A stretch of DNA of 64,000 nucleotides from Asterionella formosa (GCA_002256025.1 NKIB01012336.1:1-64000); one strand, 5' to 3'; positions 49,461 through 62,969 are shown, numbered from the stretch's first letter. Translations and numbers: made by a program. Notes: generated by a model not told the origin, from the letters alone.

Positions 49461-50088
49461 GATTAAAATTTTACCAAAGACTACATGTAGTTATTTTTAT
49501 AAGTGACATGAGAAAATAATATATATCATTTGCATGTTTTTTCGCAGTAGTTGCATCGTTCACATACTACTGGTGGTGTTCCCATTTTATCTTGTCAGTT
49601 CCATCAAAGATTCCTCGCATTAAACACTGGTGGTTCTCCCATCATCATATCTTGTCATGCAATAGGAGTGACCGAAGGGTGAGGAAGTGGCGCCATTGCC
49701 GTTGCACCTGGTACTGCAGTGCTGTCAAACATCATGGTATCTGGTAAGTAGAAATTGCTTTGTTGTTGGTAATAGAAGATCGACTGCTCGCTTGTATCAC
49801 ATTGCCATTGTTTTGGTTTGCGCCACTGTCCACTCTGCAGACTGTTTGCTTAGAGTTCTAATCGCATAAATCTTGTTTGCAAGCGCCATGTGCGCATCGA
49901 TTTCCTTATTCTTTGCTTCTGTTTGCTGATTCGACAGTCCGGATGGAGCAAGTAGTAACAGTATTTTGCACAACTGGGATTGATTGCTGAGGAGAAGCGC
50001 AATAACTCCCAGAAAGAGCAAAGGAATGACAAGAATGGGTAATTGATGATTGAGGCATGTAAGGATTATAATATCCAGCAAATGCAGC

Positions 50089-50352
50089 AACATGACAAGT
50101 AGGAGAATGGGTTGGTTGTGAAGGAGGCTTAAAATGTTCCTGAATGGTGCTTGATGCTGCCGGGGATGATGGATAACATGACCAAGAGGAGAATGGGTAG
50201 GTTGTGAAGGAGACAGGAAATTTTCCTGAATAGATTTCGATGGGTATAATATCTAACATGACCAAGAGGAGAATGGGTAGGTTGCGAAGGAGACAGGACA
50301 CGTTCCTGAATGTTTTTTTGATGGGGATGATGTCTAACATGACCAAGAGGAC
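50089..50352. repeat. Degenerate ~80-bp tandem repeat (about 3.5 units), with a further copy at ~51507-51597
   Basis: The unit aacatgaccaagaggagaatgggtaggttgtgaaggagacagga recurs. Confidence 0.8.
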
Positions 50353-51665
50353 GAGAATGGTTACTAACACATGATCCTGAAATTAAAGATCATCTCTGCA
50401 CCGTGACAAGCAAGAAAAACTGAAAGAACAACGCTTCAATTCACACAATGATGATAAATCTTGCGGCTTAGATGGGCTGAAAATGGAAAAGTGAACTGAA
50501 TCTAGCTATCATGGTATGTCAAGAGTACATGCCAAGGTGATCAGCCAATTGATGGGTTCACAAAGACAAAATGATTGCCTCCTTCCCTAGCAATTCAAAA
50601 GCACAGTTTGCATTCAGTGGGATGCCACCAATGTCGATCAAAAACTTGTAAATGCTCTTGTTGGATCAATGAGCCACTGTTAGAACATCACTGACACATG
50701 TTTGTTTTTCAATCTTTCAGGATAATTTTAATCAAAGAGTTTTGTTGTAAGTTATAAATCACATTGGTGGAACGGTTAATTGATTTGTACTTAGGTGATC
50801 ATTGACTGACACATTATTTTACTGAATTATGCGAAAAGTTCATCGATTTCTGGTAAGTGGAGCATGCTAAAATGGGACTGCAGTGTTGAGATATAAACAA
50901 AACAATGCTAACGAGCGAGTAATTCCTTCTAATTATTATTATGATTAGGAAATCAAAATGGGTAAAACAGAATTGGATCAAAAGGAAATGAGATTTGCAG
51001 CAAGTAGTCAGATGAGTTTTAGAATCAGCAGAGTGGAAGGGAAGCGGGAGGCATGCATCAAGAGCATTGAAGGGAGGCGGGGGAGGCATGCATCCTCACA
51101 AGCATTGAAGGGAGGCAGGAGGCAGGCATCAAGAGCATTGAGACAATGGAAAAAGGGAACAATGGCTGTTTAACCACACAAAATGTAGAAATATAAAAAT
51201 GACTTCGTCATACATCAGTAAAATTACAATCCATTTCAACCTATTTTTAAGAGCTATTTCGATTAGAGTTACCATCATAGGATAAGGATATATATATGAT
51301 AAAAGAATGTACATCATAGGATAATGTTTTGATAATTATATGGTGGTTTGATTATTATTAGTAAGCTTAGCCTGCTCACTTTCATAGTATGCATTTATCA
51401 TACATATAACGAGGAAATATGTATCATGCGCAGAAAAATTCTGTGCCAGCCAGTTATCGTATGATACCCCTGATCTTATAAGTACTATATTTTTATTTGC
51501 AGACATAGGTTCTTGTGAAGGAGACAGGAAACGTTTCTGAATGGATTTTTGATGGGGATGATGTCTAACATTACTAAGAGGAGAATGGGTAGGTTGTTAT
51601 TATTTTCAACCAGAGGGAGCAGCTACTATGATATCTGATATGTATTTTGGTATCAGGTAGCTATG

Positions 51666-51765
51666 TATCTGCAAGTTGTGGTAATTGTGCTGAAGCTAAA
51701 TTTTTAGCTTCCTTTATCCCATATTAAATTGTTTATTCAAGCTAAATGACCGCAACTTGCTGGTA
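51666..51765. mobile_element. MITE family A copy (inverted orientation)
   Basis: tatctgcaagttgtggtaattgtgct...aaatgaccgcaacttgctggta. Confidence 0.75.
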
Positions 51766-53090
51766 TGTGTAATACCAGCATGTATGCAGGCATAGTATAG
51801 AAAGCTGTACTTTTTTATATGTACCCAATCAATAGCAAAGAATCATTCTCATTTTTCGAGGAGAAATTCGTTATTTTCATCATGGTCAAGGCGGAGACAG
51901 AATATGCAGGATTCTCCAGCCGCTCACAAGAACTACTCCTACACTGTAGCGTTTCGTATCTAGAAACAAATCACAACATCTAAGCTAAATAATTATATGC
52001 TAGTGTCTACAAGGGCTACCTCAGGTACCCTGAGCAGCATACAGAATATCCTATATCTATGAGCCATAGCTAGTATATGTAATCTGTATGATATTTGCAA
52101 ATATGGTATGCCGGTGCATTGTATGCTGTTACATCAGGCGTGATAATGACTGTTACTATGTCTATAGATATAACGTTATGTATTTTCATACATGGCTAGC
52201 AGTATTGCTTAGCATGGTTATTAGGGTGTATGTAGTACATAGCTAGTTGTGAATATTCATGTATATACAGGTACTTTATTTGCATAAGGGTCATTCAGAA
52301 AATGTATTTGTATTTGCCCTCAAGTTATAGTTGTTGTCAGCAAGTTCTATTCGGACTCAGCAAATCTAACCATGTATACATACACCTGTATTGTTGCGTG
52401 GGATTGCTCACTGTCCAACACTAAGGGAAAACCTTTCACCTTTGAAAAGGTTTGATTTGGAGAATATTAATTCTTTCAGTAATATGCATAGTTTGTTGAA
52501 AAGTGACTGAAGCATTAACATGCACTTGAATAATAGTATAAGGAGCGGTCTTCGTCTGTAAATAGAAAACCGTTGGGCCTAACAGTTTTGCTGTAACACC
52601 CACTGCCCCAAAAATTCTCAGTATGACGTACCATTTTTTGATTGATCATACAGAAAAACTGATTGATCTGATTGATTGATTAATTTTATAGCATTGATCT
52701 TACATATAATTAGCATAGATCACATGCATATTATGTAATATCCAATCGATTGCATTTGTAACATTGATAACAACGAATCACATTTAGCATACACTCATCA
52801 TATATATAAATGAGTTTCAAATCAATAGATCATACAATATGCTTATGATCAATACAGCACTCGCACTCTTATTATCAACTAACGTTTTGGTTTTCGATCT
52901 AAAGATAGTAATCGTGAGATCAAATCAGTTATTCATTCGGTCTAACCTTTGGAATGCAAATATCAAATAGAAATTTTAGCTTTCGATCTAATGTTCATTA
53001 CTACTGATCTAACTACTTTCTCTCATTGATACCAGGAAATGACCATCCATTTTGATTTTCACCCTTAAATTTCATTTTCATAAATGTATC

Positions 53091-54992
53091 CTAACCATAC
53101 TTTGTTAAAGGTGCTGACTCACTTCGTTTCCCCATAAAATTAATTTCTCCACTGTATCGTAGTTGTAGTAGTAATTCCATAAACTTCACAGTTTTAAAGG
53201 GACCACATGACCATCCACCATCCTTGGTTAGTTGGAAAATCTTTGAATCTGAATGTTTCGCTATAAAACATTTCAGAGGGCCTTTCCCACGGAAACCACC
53301 GCCCACCTTAAATTGAGGTTCCACGTTGGTGTAACCTCCGATTTTTGGTATCTCACTGAATGTTTTCAGAAAACTCTCTTGACATCTGATCGAGCCTTCT
53401 TCATGCCAGATTTCCATTTTTCGAACTCGGTTTTGAATTTGACCATAGCTTTAGAGAAAATAAATTCTTTGTTAATATCTACACCAGGGCAAATACGATA
53501 TTTGCGTGCAATCTCGTGAATGCATTTCAAATGACTTTTCAAACTAGCTCCATGTTCAGGATCACGTACTTCAACGTTGCCTTCGTTTTGATAAAAACAA
53601 TATAGAACATAATGTTGATGATGTCGTGTTTGTAAATAAATCAAAATAAGGAATTCAATGGAGGGTTGGAGATAAAAACTGTTAGATGGATGAGGACGTT
53701 CAGTATTCCAGTCATTTCTGTCATGAGATTCAACAATTACATGAATGTTTGAGGGATGCAGTTCATGAACAATGACCTTCACAATGGCGGTCACAATTTC
53801 AATATCCCAATATGCACATTGTCCAGTTCAATACGATTGTCCCTGTACTGCTTCTCTGACAATTTAAGGGAATACTCATTCTTCCTGCAATATTGACGTA
53901 CTTCTGAGGGGGAGCGAGAGTATGTATTGTAGTAAAGCTTATGTGACTCCGGACCCAACGGAAGTGGGAACCGGAAAGGTGAATCAAATACTTGGCAATT
54001 CACGCAGAATGGGCAGGACATGCTTTCCACAAAAAAATAGGGTGAAACACTATAAAGGTGATCGTTGAAACATTCCAATTTGTCGCCATATCCCGAAACA
54101 GCAGCTGCTACCTTTTCCTTTATCGATTTTTCGATACAAGTAATTGATGTGTTTCTTCACTTCTCCTCGCTCTTTCGCATAAATATTTATGAATTCCTTC
54201 ATCAAATAATTTCAATAATGGTTTATCATTACAGGATAAATCACTTATCTCCTTGATCTGCTCATTTACTGTCCCAATGACCGCAACAGTTTCGGAAATC
54301 TTTGGTAAGTAGTCATGAATTACATCCAGACTGGCGACCATGTCCTGTTTCAATATTTCCAACTCCTTACTATATAAATGGAACAAATCACTTTCCTCCT
54401 CGACCTGTTTTTCTTTATTTACTTTCCCAATCACTCCTACAATTTCGGAACTCTTTGGTGACAAGTCATGGACTGCTTCTTCCGGATTGGCAACCATGTC
54501 TGGAGTTGCCTTTAATTTACATTTTGCTTTTGCTTTGGAAGGAGGAGATTTTATATGAAGTCTATCAGATTCGATAGACTCAATTAGACGCTCTGAGGAA
54601 GTAGAAACAAGATCTACCACGGGCATACAAGCAACACGATCTTTACTTCTTGGAATGGTATTGGGAGAAGATGAACTGGCATCAACTATTTCGTTTTCAC
54701 TCACCTTTGTCAATTCATAAACAGAGAAGAAACGACGTTGGTGATCTTTATTTGGAATGACAGGTATGGCTAATTCCATTGGCTTGTCAGGAAAACAAGT
54801 TTCCCAATTTTGGCGATGCTTCTCAAATGTGGCCGTAATGGTGCAGAGAAGCTTGTTCCTCTTTTCTTCTGCATCAATACCAGCACCAACAATATTAGTA
54901 AAAATACAGGGATCATTTGAAACGCCCCAATAATAGAGAAATTTATCAACATCATTGGACTCATTTCGACAACCATTGTTGCTGTACAACAT
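53091..54992 (-). pseudogene. Frameshifted gene with a C-terminal Ulp1/C48-like protease domain, probably TE-borne
   Basis: Four consecutive minus-strand ORFs; HYVLY...EVRDP (His, Asp) and QLTKDGGWSCGPF (Gln, Cys). Confidence 0.5.
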
Positions 54993-56040
54993 TGGAATCA
55001 GCTATTGATTGAATAATGGTTCTGGTACCCTCATAAATATTTTACACTTCTTTGGAGTGGCAAGAACATATGTGTGGGACAAGCTACACTACGTAGATAT
55101 AAGCTATATAAATATAGAGGTCACTTTGTGGAAAGTAGTATATGTGTGGCAATGGGGTTAGGCTGTCCTATATAGTGCCTCTGATGTTGCCGAAAAAGAG
55201 ATTTCTTAAAACAATGGGATAGTACAATGTTATTAAGCAAAGTTACGATTGTTATTTCGAACCCCCTGCTATTCAAGGTTCATGTGATGCTACTATTTCC
55301 TGAATGAAATGAAGCTACTTCCTGTTTAGTGATGCTGCTGCGGCTCTAATTCTGCATCATACAAATGTTCTCGCCAATAGCTAGTCAATGAGAATACAAG
55401 ACCCATGATTAAGGCCACGAGCAACAAACAGTGCCGCCATCTGGTCCATCTTCACTTTGATCCACATCTCATCTTGGAGAAGAGATTCGAAATACAGATC
55501 AATGTTCGCAATGGGCGAATTATGATCAAAAGGTACTATCTTATTGATTTCGGTTGGAATTGGAATTGGAATCGGGTATGGCCTTCAATGCATCGTTCTC
55601 CAATTCAGTCGTATAAATTGACCAAAGCTTTTGATTTCGAGTAACAAACAAACAATCAAACTTCGCCAGCATAATTCCCCATCAATATCGAGACCATATC
55701 ATTCGTTATAAGACTGAGATCATCGTCGTCCCTGCAAGAAGGTAGCTCATAAGGGATTCAACGAACGCACATGGCTTGTAAGAAATTCGATTACTGATAT
55801 GCAAATGGAGAGATAATGACGAATACTACCGGTACAAGAATTGGATCAAAGCATGTACCAGTAGAGCATTCAAATCGGAACAGCAACAAGGAAAGCACCG
55901 TTTTTGCACAGAATTCATTCTAATAGCATCATCGGGTATAAGGTTTACATACACATAAGGTGATCTGTGTCAAGTCATAAGCTTCGCTACAACAATAATT
56001 GATCAAAGAGCAACAGCTATTGATCAATCAAACAATGTAT

Positions 56041-56392
56041 CAATATATCAAAGCATTTGGTTAGCAGATTAAATTTGATACCTACTAATATATATGACTT
56101 CTATCTATGCGTAACCTGACGTGTGCCAGAAAACAATCTGACAAGCAAACAAAATTGATTGACCACACCAACACGGTCATTGATACATCAAAATTATCAT
56201 CAACATAACAAAACATTTGATCAATATATCAACAATATTGGTTAACCAATTAGATTTGGTAACTAATATTTACGAGTTCTTATATATGCATAACCTAACG
56301 TGTGCATGCTAGTAACCTAACGTACAAATTTGATTGGTCATACAGACATGGCTGTTGATATATCAAAATTATCATCAACATGTCAAAATATT
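56041..56392. repeat. Two-unit ~180-bp degenerate tandem repeat
   Basis: caatatatcaa...ttggtta...taacct.acgtgtgc...atcaaaattatcatcaacat occurs twice. Confidence 0.75.
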
Positions 56393-57261
56393 TGAATAGT
56401 CAATCACTTTTTTAACGTATGCTGAGTAAAACGTTAGATCTAATGGAAAATCTATTCACAGACGTTTCCAACAATCATCCAAAGTTGTTGGGCTTTTCAA
56501 TAAGATTAAAATCTCGTCTCCAGATTGGTAATCACAAGATCGACGACGGAAGTTAACATGAAGTCTTTCGTCAATCATCACTTTTCGATGTTTATTAATG
56601 GTAAATCTGTAATCAATGGAATATTTAGATATTGCCTATTCCGAGCAAGTATTATCGGTATACAACCAGACAATAAAATTCCACCAATTCCGACCCCCCC
56701 CCCCAGATTGATGATCACTTTGTCTTCAACAATACTTGTTCCTTAAAAGGATGAACAAACTTGTTCTTCCAGAATGAATTTTTCTAATTTCTTTTGTATA
56801 TTTTGTTATGTAAACAGCTACGAATGGCCACTCTAGTTGACCGAATACAAAAACTGCTAAAAATAATAATTAAGGGAATCACATTAAGGGTGCTGCATTT
56901 GAACCCTTAGGCAAAAATTAAAAATATTGGTTGAATTTTATGGGCTAATTTTGAATGACGTCGTTATTCCATTTGAAATTTTAAATCTGTGAAATTTACG
57001 CATACTTAGTACATAGATTCCTTTTCGAATTCGCTTAATGTATATAAAAACATTCTACATCGCTTGATGTAGTATACCGGTATATGCCCTTTAATACGAT
57101 CAATATCTATGTATCATATGAGCTGGCATTATGGCAAATATTGTTGATGAACACCAGTAAGAAAAAAAGGTAACAATCAACCATTAGCGAATTTACACAT
57201 CACAATGATGACAACGGCAATGACGAATTAGTTGATTGTAGAGTCAGATGTGGAGGGATGC

Positions 57262-57618
57262 GAGGATCGCATCTCCTGAGAATGCGGCGATTTCGATTGT
57301 CTTGAATGGGAGGGCCGATGGGATGAAGTCGAAGAGTTGGCCCTGGTGGAGATGTTCTTTGAACAAGGTGAATCCATTCTCACCATGTTGAAGGATGAAG
57401 ACATGACGGCATCAAGAACCCGAAATCTTCTTTCAAGTTTTTAAACAAAATATTCTGTGGACCTTTGGAGAAAGGTGTTCAAATCCAACTTCCTGATTGT
57501 TGTTTGAAGGGACGAGTTCGATCCCTATTGAAGATTAAGGATCCAACCGAATTGTACACTGGTTTCAAACCAACTTCCAAACAATCCAAATTTTACTATT
57601 TTCATTCATTTCACTAGT
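57262..57618 (+). pseudogene. Frameshifted remnant with a P2X7-ballast/KolX-like C-terminal motif
   Basis: GPLEKGVQIQLPDCC...RVRSL...YTGFK at 57459-57569. Confidence 0.45.
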
Positions 57619-58651
57619 AATTCAACTTCAATGCATCTACGTACAATTTTTAAAAAATTGGAAGTGAGGCGGCATGGTGCATTCAACTTGCTTTTATACA
57701 ACTTTTTAAAACATTGTCCCATAGTCTTACACATCTATGATAACAGAAAAAACTTGCCACGCTTCAGTGGTGGACGTATTTTAGCAGAAATTGGAGTTGG
57801 TGATAACAAGGGACATTAGAATATAATCAACAACACATATTAGAATTATTGGTGTCCTACAATCAAAGAACCTCTTCCTGCAATAACCACATCTACCACA
57901 TCTACTATCAAACCAGCGTTTCAAAAGGACGAGATTTTCAGTGGAGGAACACTCTATCTGGTACAGAACTCATGTCAGCTTTTAGTAATATACCACGACT
58001 TACCATTAGTTACAATATGGGCTGCTGGCAGCAGAGATCCAGTTGGAATAAGTAAAACTTTGTAAGTGGAAATGCATTCTATATTAGTGGCTGCAGAAGA
58101 AAGATAGTAGACTATTGAGTAAAATCTAAGGTCTGTAATGTGTGCAACAAAGCTAGCTATCCGGTACAAGGTAAAATGTAAGCAATGGAAAATATCACAA
58201 TATGAAAAGAGAAAGGCAGTGCATTCAATACCAAATAAAGAGACTTCCACTAGTAAAGAAACCCAAGTTCATTTCTGCACTTTCTCATCAGATCCTATAT
58301 CCTGACAATTTATAGAGTGGACCTACACTCCTATTTTTTCCGAAGACTGTATGTAAGCATATGGAAAGGATGTCTAATGGTTAAAGCTCCATTGAGCATT
58401 ACATATATTTATTTTAGACATAAAAAGTATGTGTTTGATAAGTCTGACTAAATATTTTTTTACTCTACCTCGAGCCAGGGGTTCAAATGCAGGAACCTTA
58501 AAATCATGTATTGTGTAACTTAGAAAAAAAAGGATAAAAGAAAGGAATCCCGTGCATATGGGCCATCAAATTGCTTGAGCTCGCGCGAAAATAAATCATT
58601 CATTAGAAGTCCGTGATTCATTGGTCTTGATTTCCAGCAAATGTATTGCTG

Positions 58652-59974
58652 CTAATCTTGGTCATCATTATTATCTTCTTCGGCCATGTCGTCCATATTT
58701 TGTGGTGCTGCAATTATCCCGGGCTGCTGGTGTTCGCCTTCTACCAAAGCAGGACGAAGAACGGCCGTCGGTTTCCACATGGGTAAAATGCTCAAAAAGA
58801 AAGAGCCAATCAAATAAACGACATCGAGCAGCAACCCTGATACCCCTCGATTGTGAGGTGGAGCAGGCTCAATGTTGCCACCCAGCAAATTGTCCTGTCC
58901 AATGGGATTTAGAAGGTCATTTGCCCCCACCGCCACTCTCACCGCAGGTAGTGGTAAATGATTGGGATCAACCACTTCACCACTGTAGATGCGTAGTGGA
59001 TACCCTTCCTTCCAAAAGAAGGTATATAAAAATTCCACATAGCCACTTTGAATCAAGAGTCCTACCATAACCAGCAACATGACCAAATTGAATTTGAGTG
59101 AAGCACTCCAAAAGGATTCATTCATGTTTGTACTGCTCTCTTTTGAAATCAATATGGCGGACAATATCGATACCATGAAAAAAACTTTGAAAAACAATCT
59201 ACCGTCCAAGCGAACATGACGTTGATGCATGATCCAAAAGAGTCTTATAATATCCGCTGTATGAGATGCAGAAATTTGAGCTATAAGCCCATTGACATAG
59301 TTGTACCATTGAGTAAACATGTTGGGTGGACCAGCAGGGGCTGGCTGTCGGACCAGCGGTTCTGCTGCAGGTGCAGGGGGTGGTACAAAAAGCGGAACTT
59401 CTCTCTCATGGTGCACAATCTGTTGTGGCAAAGAATCCTCTTGCAAATTGTATTTTCGTAGTTGCTGTGAGGTGAGATTCTGAACAATAATGGTCAAATC
59501 ATCCAATCGTCGTTGCATATTAAGTATCATAGTTGCTTGACGTTGTAGTTCCTGTAAGGTGGCAGTATCGGTAGCAGTGGCGTCTCCAGCTGCGGTGAGT
59601 GTGGCAACATCATCATCCTTTTCCATAACATTTGAAAATCTCAGATCCGCGGCATGGACAGCCATCGTTGCTGCCTGCGTAGAAGGCTGAATCGTGCCAC
59701 CTGGATGGTTCAGTGTCAATTTGGATTCCACACTTCTTTCCTCATTCCTCTGCTCTGCTGGATCATTGATCGAACTTTCATAAGTTCCCATCATATCACA
59801 CAGAGCCTTCATGGAGACTGGATCGAGTTCTAAGGATGACAAGTCGTTAGCTTCCAAAAGTTGATGGACCATTTGCTCCGTCCCTTCGTTCGGAATTGGC
59901 TTATTTTCATCGTCCGGAATATTTCTGGCTTCCAGGCGACGAAGGGTTTCCTCTCTGTCAGGTGCAGTACTCAT
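58652..59974 (-). CDS. Membrane protein of unknown function (coiled coil, TM helices, HERP-like C-terminal FFLSILP)
   Basis: 440-aa uninterrupted ORF with plausible composition. Confidence 0.7.
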   Translation of the reverse strand: MSTAPDREETLRRLEARNIPDDENKPIPNEGTEQMVHQLLEANDLSSLELDPVSMKALCDMMGTYESSINDPAEQRNEERSVESKLTLNHPGGTIQPSTQAATMAVHAADLRFSNVMEKDDDVATLTAAGDATATDTATLQELQRQATMILNMQRRLDDLTIIVQNLTSQQLRKYNLQEDSLPQQIVHHEREVPLFVPPPAPAAEPLVRQPAPAGPPNMFTQWYNYVNGLIAQISASHTADIIRLFWIMHQRHVRLDGRLFFKVFFMVSILSAILISKESSTNMNESFWSASLKFNLVMLLVMVGLLIQSGYVEFLYTFFWKEGYPLRIYSGEVVDPNHLPLPAVRVAVGANDLLNPIGQDNLLGGNIEPAPPHNRGVSGLLLDVVYLIGSFFLSILPMWKPTAVLRPALVEGEHQQPGIIAAPQNMDDMAEEDNNDDQD

Positions 59975-60223
59975 GTGCGTTGAATTGAATTGTTGCTATA
60001 ACTGATAGTCTATGCTCTTCTTGTTTCTGTTGTTTGTTTGTATTTCGTGTTGCTGTTCCTTCAGCGGCCTTGCCTCAATGGGAGGAGGACGCTAAATACC
60101 ATATGTACTATGCGTGACTCCTCTCTGTACTACCGAATTGTAGGATAAATAAATACAATTGGAAAGGGCACGCAGCAGCAGGCAGAAGGATGCATATGGA
60201 GATTCCCTATACATATAGTTGAT

Positions 60224-60297
60224 GGGGGGTGGGGTGGGGGGGGGGGGGGAAAAAAAAGAAAATTTAGAAGTTGAATGGTNNNNNNNNNNCCCCCCCG

Positions 60298-60351
<54 letters not shown>

Positions 60352-60355
60352 CCCC
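60224..60355. other. Assembly gap (10 N) flanked by poly-G and poly-C runs
   Basis: Ns at 60280-60289 and long homopolymers. Confidence 0.95.
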
Positions 60356-60632
60356 AATTCATGAATCTTGATGATGATGATGGTCTCCCGTTCATATATA
60401 TTCATGAATACCTACATACATAAACGTGGTCCTGTCCGACCTCTGTCGGATCTCAACCACAGGCGAGAAACAAATGCAAATGCCAAACAAAACCAACCAA
60501 CGCAAAGGAAATACAAAATATCCCGGCACGCACACTCTGCGGTCTCCCCCAAGGTCATTGCCAGAGCAGCAAATTATCGATTATTCAATTGCTGTGCATT
60601 GCATCTAAGAAGGTAGACTAGCTATCCTATAG

Positions 60633-61891
60633 ATGAAATTTATAGTCGGAGCTTCAAGCGTCCTGGCATTGCTGTCAGCAACTGCAAGTCCAATTGCTGC
60701 CAAGAAGGAGGCCGGCGAGTTTGATCCCAAGGCGCACACGGATTGGGGCTCCTACTATGATCCAAAGTCCATCTTTTGCGGAAAGCATGACTGCTACAAG
60801 ATATTGGGATTTGACTTTGAAGATTATGGATCACCGGAGCTGAAGGAAATCACGAAACGCTACCGGTCCTTGAGCCGCTTGTGGCATCCTGATAAATCGA
60901 AGCACAAGGATGCCAAGGAGAGATTTGTGGTACGTCGTGTCAAGTGATTTCTCTTTCCTTGCTACCGTCGTTTCTAACAACAACCACTCGGACTGATTCG
61001 TCTCTCACTCTCTCTTGCGCGCTCGCGCTCATTGACACTATCATTTAGAAAATCGCTCGGGCCTACGAAGTGCTAACGGACAAGGACGTGCGCAAGGAAT
61101 ATGACAAAATGCGATACGACCAAGAAGCCTATTATCAAAAGTACGGATCCTCTGTTTTGTACGACTACGCGCCGAAGAGCGATACGCTCGCTGTCATTTT
61201 CTTCTTACTTGCCATCGGATCGGCCATTTCATGGTTCTTTCAGCGTCAACATTGGCAAAATGTCGCCGACAAGCTCATCAAGGCGACGGTGGACGATTTG
61301 AGCCTCAGAGAAGGAGGAACACCGGAATCAAAAAGTTTAAGGAGCAAGGCCTTGGAAATCTTGGCGGAACGAGAAGCAGCGGCTTCTGCGACTACTACCA
61401 CTAAGGAAGGCGACGATGACGGGGACAAAAAGGCCAAGAAGAAGGCCATCAAACTCACAGCGACGGAGAAGCGAAAAGCCCAACAAGATGCCTTGCGGCC
61501 TATTATTGTTGAGCTGGTGGAGGCCATTGAAGACTTTGGTGCGGGATATCACAAGCCCACGTGGAAGGATTTGTTGGTGGTCAAACTGGCATACATGCCA
61601 GTAACATTCGCTTCTGGCCTTTGGTGGAACACAAAGTATATGGTCAACCGTATTTCCGGCAAGGAATTGACAGACGAAGAACGCGAAGTGTTGACGCGAC
61701 GAGCTATTGGCGAAGTCAATTGGTTTTCGTCGTCGGAAGAAGATCGTGCGAAATTTTTGTTGATGGATTTGTGGAAGCCGGGCAATATGGTCGAGTGGGA
61801 GGAAGAACGAGAAATTAGCATGTTGTCAGCTGGAGATCAAAAGAGATACAAGAGAATGCAGAAAAAGGGCAGTTCCTTCAAGGAGGAATAG
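60633..61891 (+). CDS. ER J-domain protein, DNAJC25-like; intron 60930-61048
   Basis: Signal peptide, FCGKHDCYKILG, WHPDK, spliced RFV|KIARAYEVL, and TM segments. Confidence 0.88.
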
Positions 61892-62252
61892 AGAAGAGAA
61901 GCAAGTTGTATGAATTGGTGGGCCAATGAAGATTGAAAAGATCATTATTTCAGATATTTATGTTACAGGCTACGTAAAACGATTCCATACGGTCTAGGAC
62001 AGATTTGGATCACAGTTACATATTACATACAGTACATAGCTAGCTTACCGATACATATTGCCGGTAGGCTTCAAATTATGATGTACCAGCAACCGGTATG
62101 TTAGTTCTGTACAGAGATATACCGGTTCGGCAGCATCCATGATGCGCGACAGAAATCATACTTCTTTCTATGCGATAACGGTAATACTCCACATTATTTA
62201 GTTGTTACTTCGACCGGCGGCACTCGTCGCGTCAGTGCCCTCAACCACGACG

Positions 62253-62969
62253 ATGAACATGACTACAAAACCAACGCGACGATTTTGGAACGCGGCAGCG
62301 ACGCTTATTGCAGTGACGGAGCAACACCCCTTCCTAGTGGCCATGGTAGATGGCTCCTTGGACATGGAGTCCTTTCGATACTACGCAGTGCAAGATGCAC
62401 TGTACCTCAAAGATTTTGCAGCATGTCTCCGTCGACTTGGGAATAATACCACAATACCAGAACACTACCAACAGCGACTCCATGCCTTTGCCAAAGGTGC
62501 CGAAGAAGCTGAGATGAGTTTGCACCATTCCTTCTTCAAAATGTGGGACATTAGTGCGGATGGAGTGGAACAAATGCCAAACAGTTTGCTGTACACCAGT
62601 TATATGGAGCGCATAGTAGCGACCAAGTGCCATGAGGAGGGGCTAGCAGTCTTGCTTCCTTGTTTTTGGATATATTGGCATGTTGGCAAGTGTATGCTCA
62701 AGTTGCGACAAGAATTGGGAGACTCAGTGGCGAGACCTACGCAGTTTGACGCCTGGATTGACATGTATAGTGGGGATGAATTTGAAAAGGAAGTTATGGA
62801 CTACATTGACATGGTGGACGACTCCTGTAAGGGTGTTGGTGAAAGCACATTGAAGGAAATGGAGAAGCACTTTATCATGTCTTGTAAACTCGAACACATG
62901 TTTTGGGATCAAGCACAGTACAAGATGGAGTGGCCCGTCATCGTTGGGTCTGCACAACCTGAGCATTAA
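62253..62969 (+). CDS. tenA: TenA (thiaminase II / aminopyrimidine aminohydrolase), Cys-containing type
   Basis: HPFL...FRYYAVQDALYL, YTSYM, LLPCFWIY, WIDMYS and LEHMFWD motifs. Confidence 0.9.
   Translation: MNMTTKPTRRFWNAAATLIAVTEQHPFLVAMVDGSLDMESFRYYAVQDALYLKDFAACLRRLGNNTTIPEHYQQRLHAFAKGAEEAEMSLHHSFFKMWDISADGVEQMPNSLLYTSYMERIVATKCHEEGLAVLLPCFWIYWHVGKCMLKLRQELGDSVARPTQFDAWIDMYSGDEFEKEVMDYIDMVDDSCKGVGESTLKEMEKHFIMSCKLEHMFWDQAQYKMEWPVIVGSAQPEH

Noticed and set aside
50089..50352. CRISPR-like array
   Set aside because: Units are degenerate, the intervening parts are related to each other, the context is eukaryotic, and there are no cas genes.
60130..60405. Poly-Gly/Pro ORF or G-quadruplex
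   Set aside because: It spans an N gap and homopolymer runs, so it is likely an assembly artefact.
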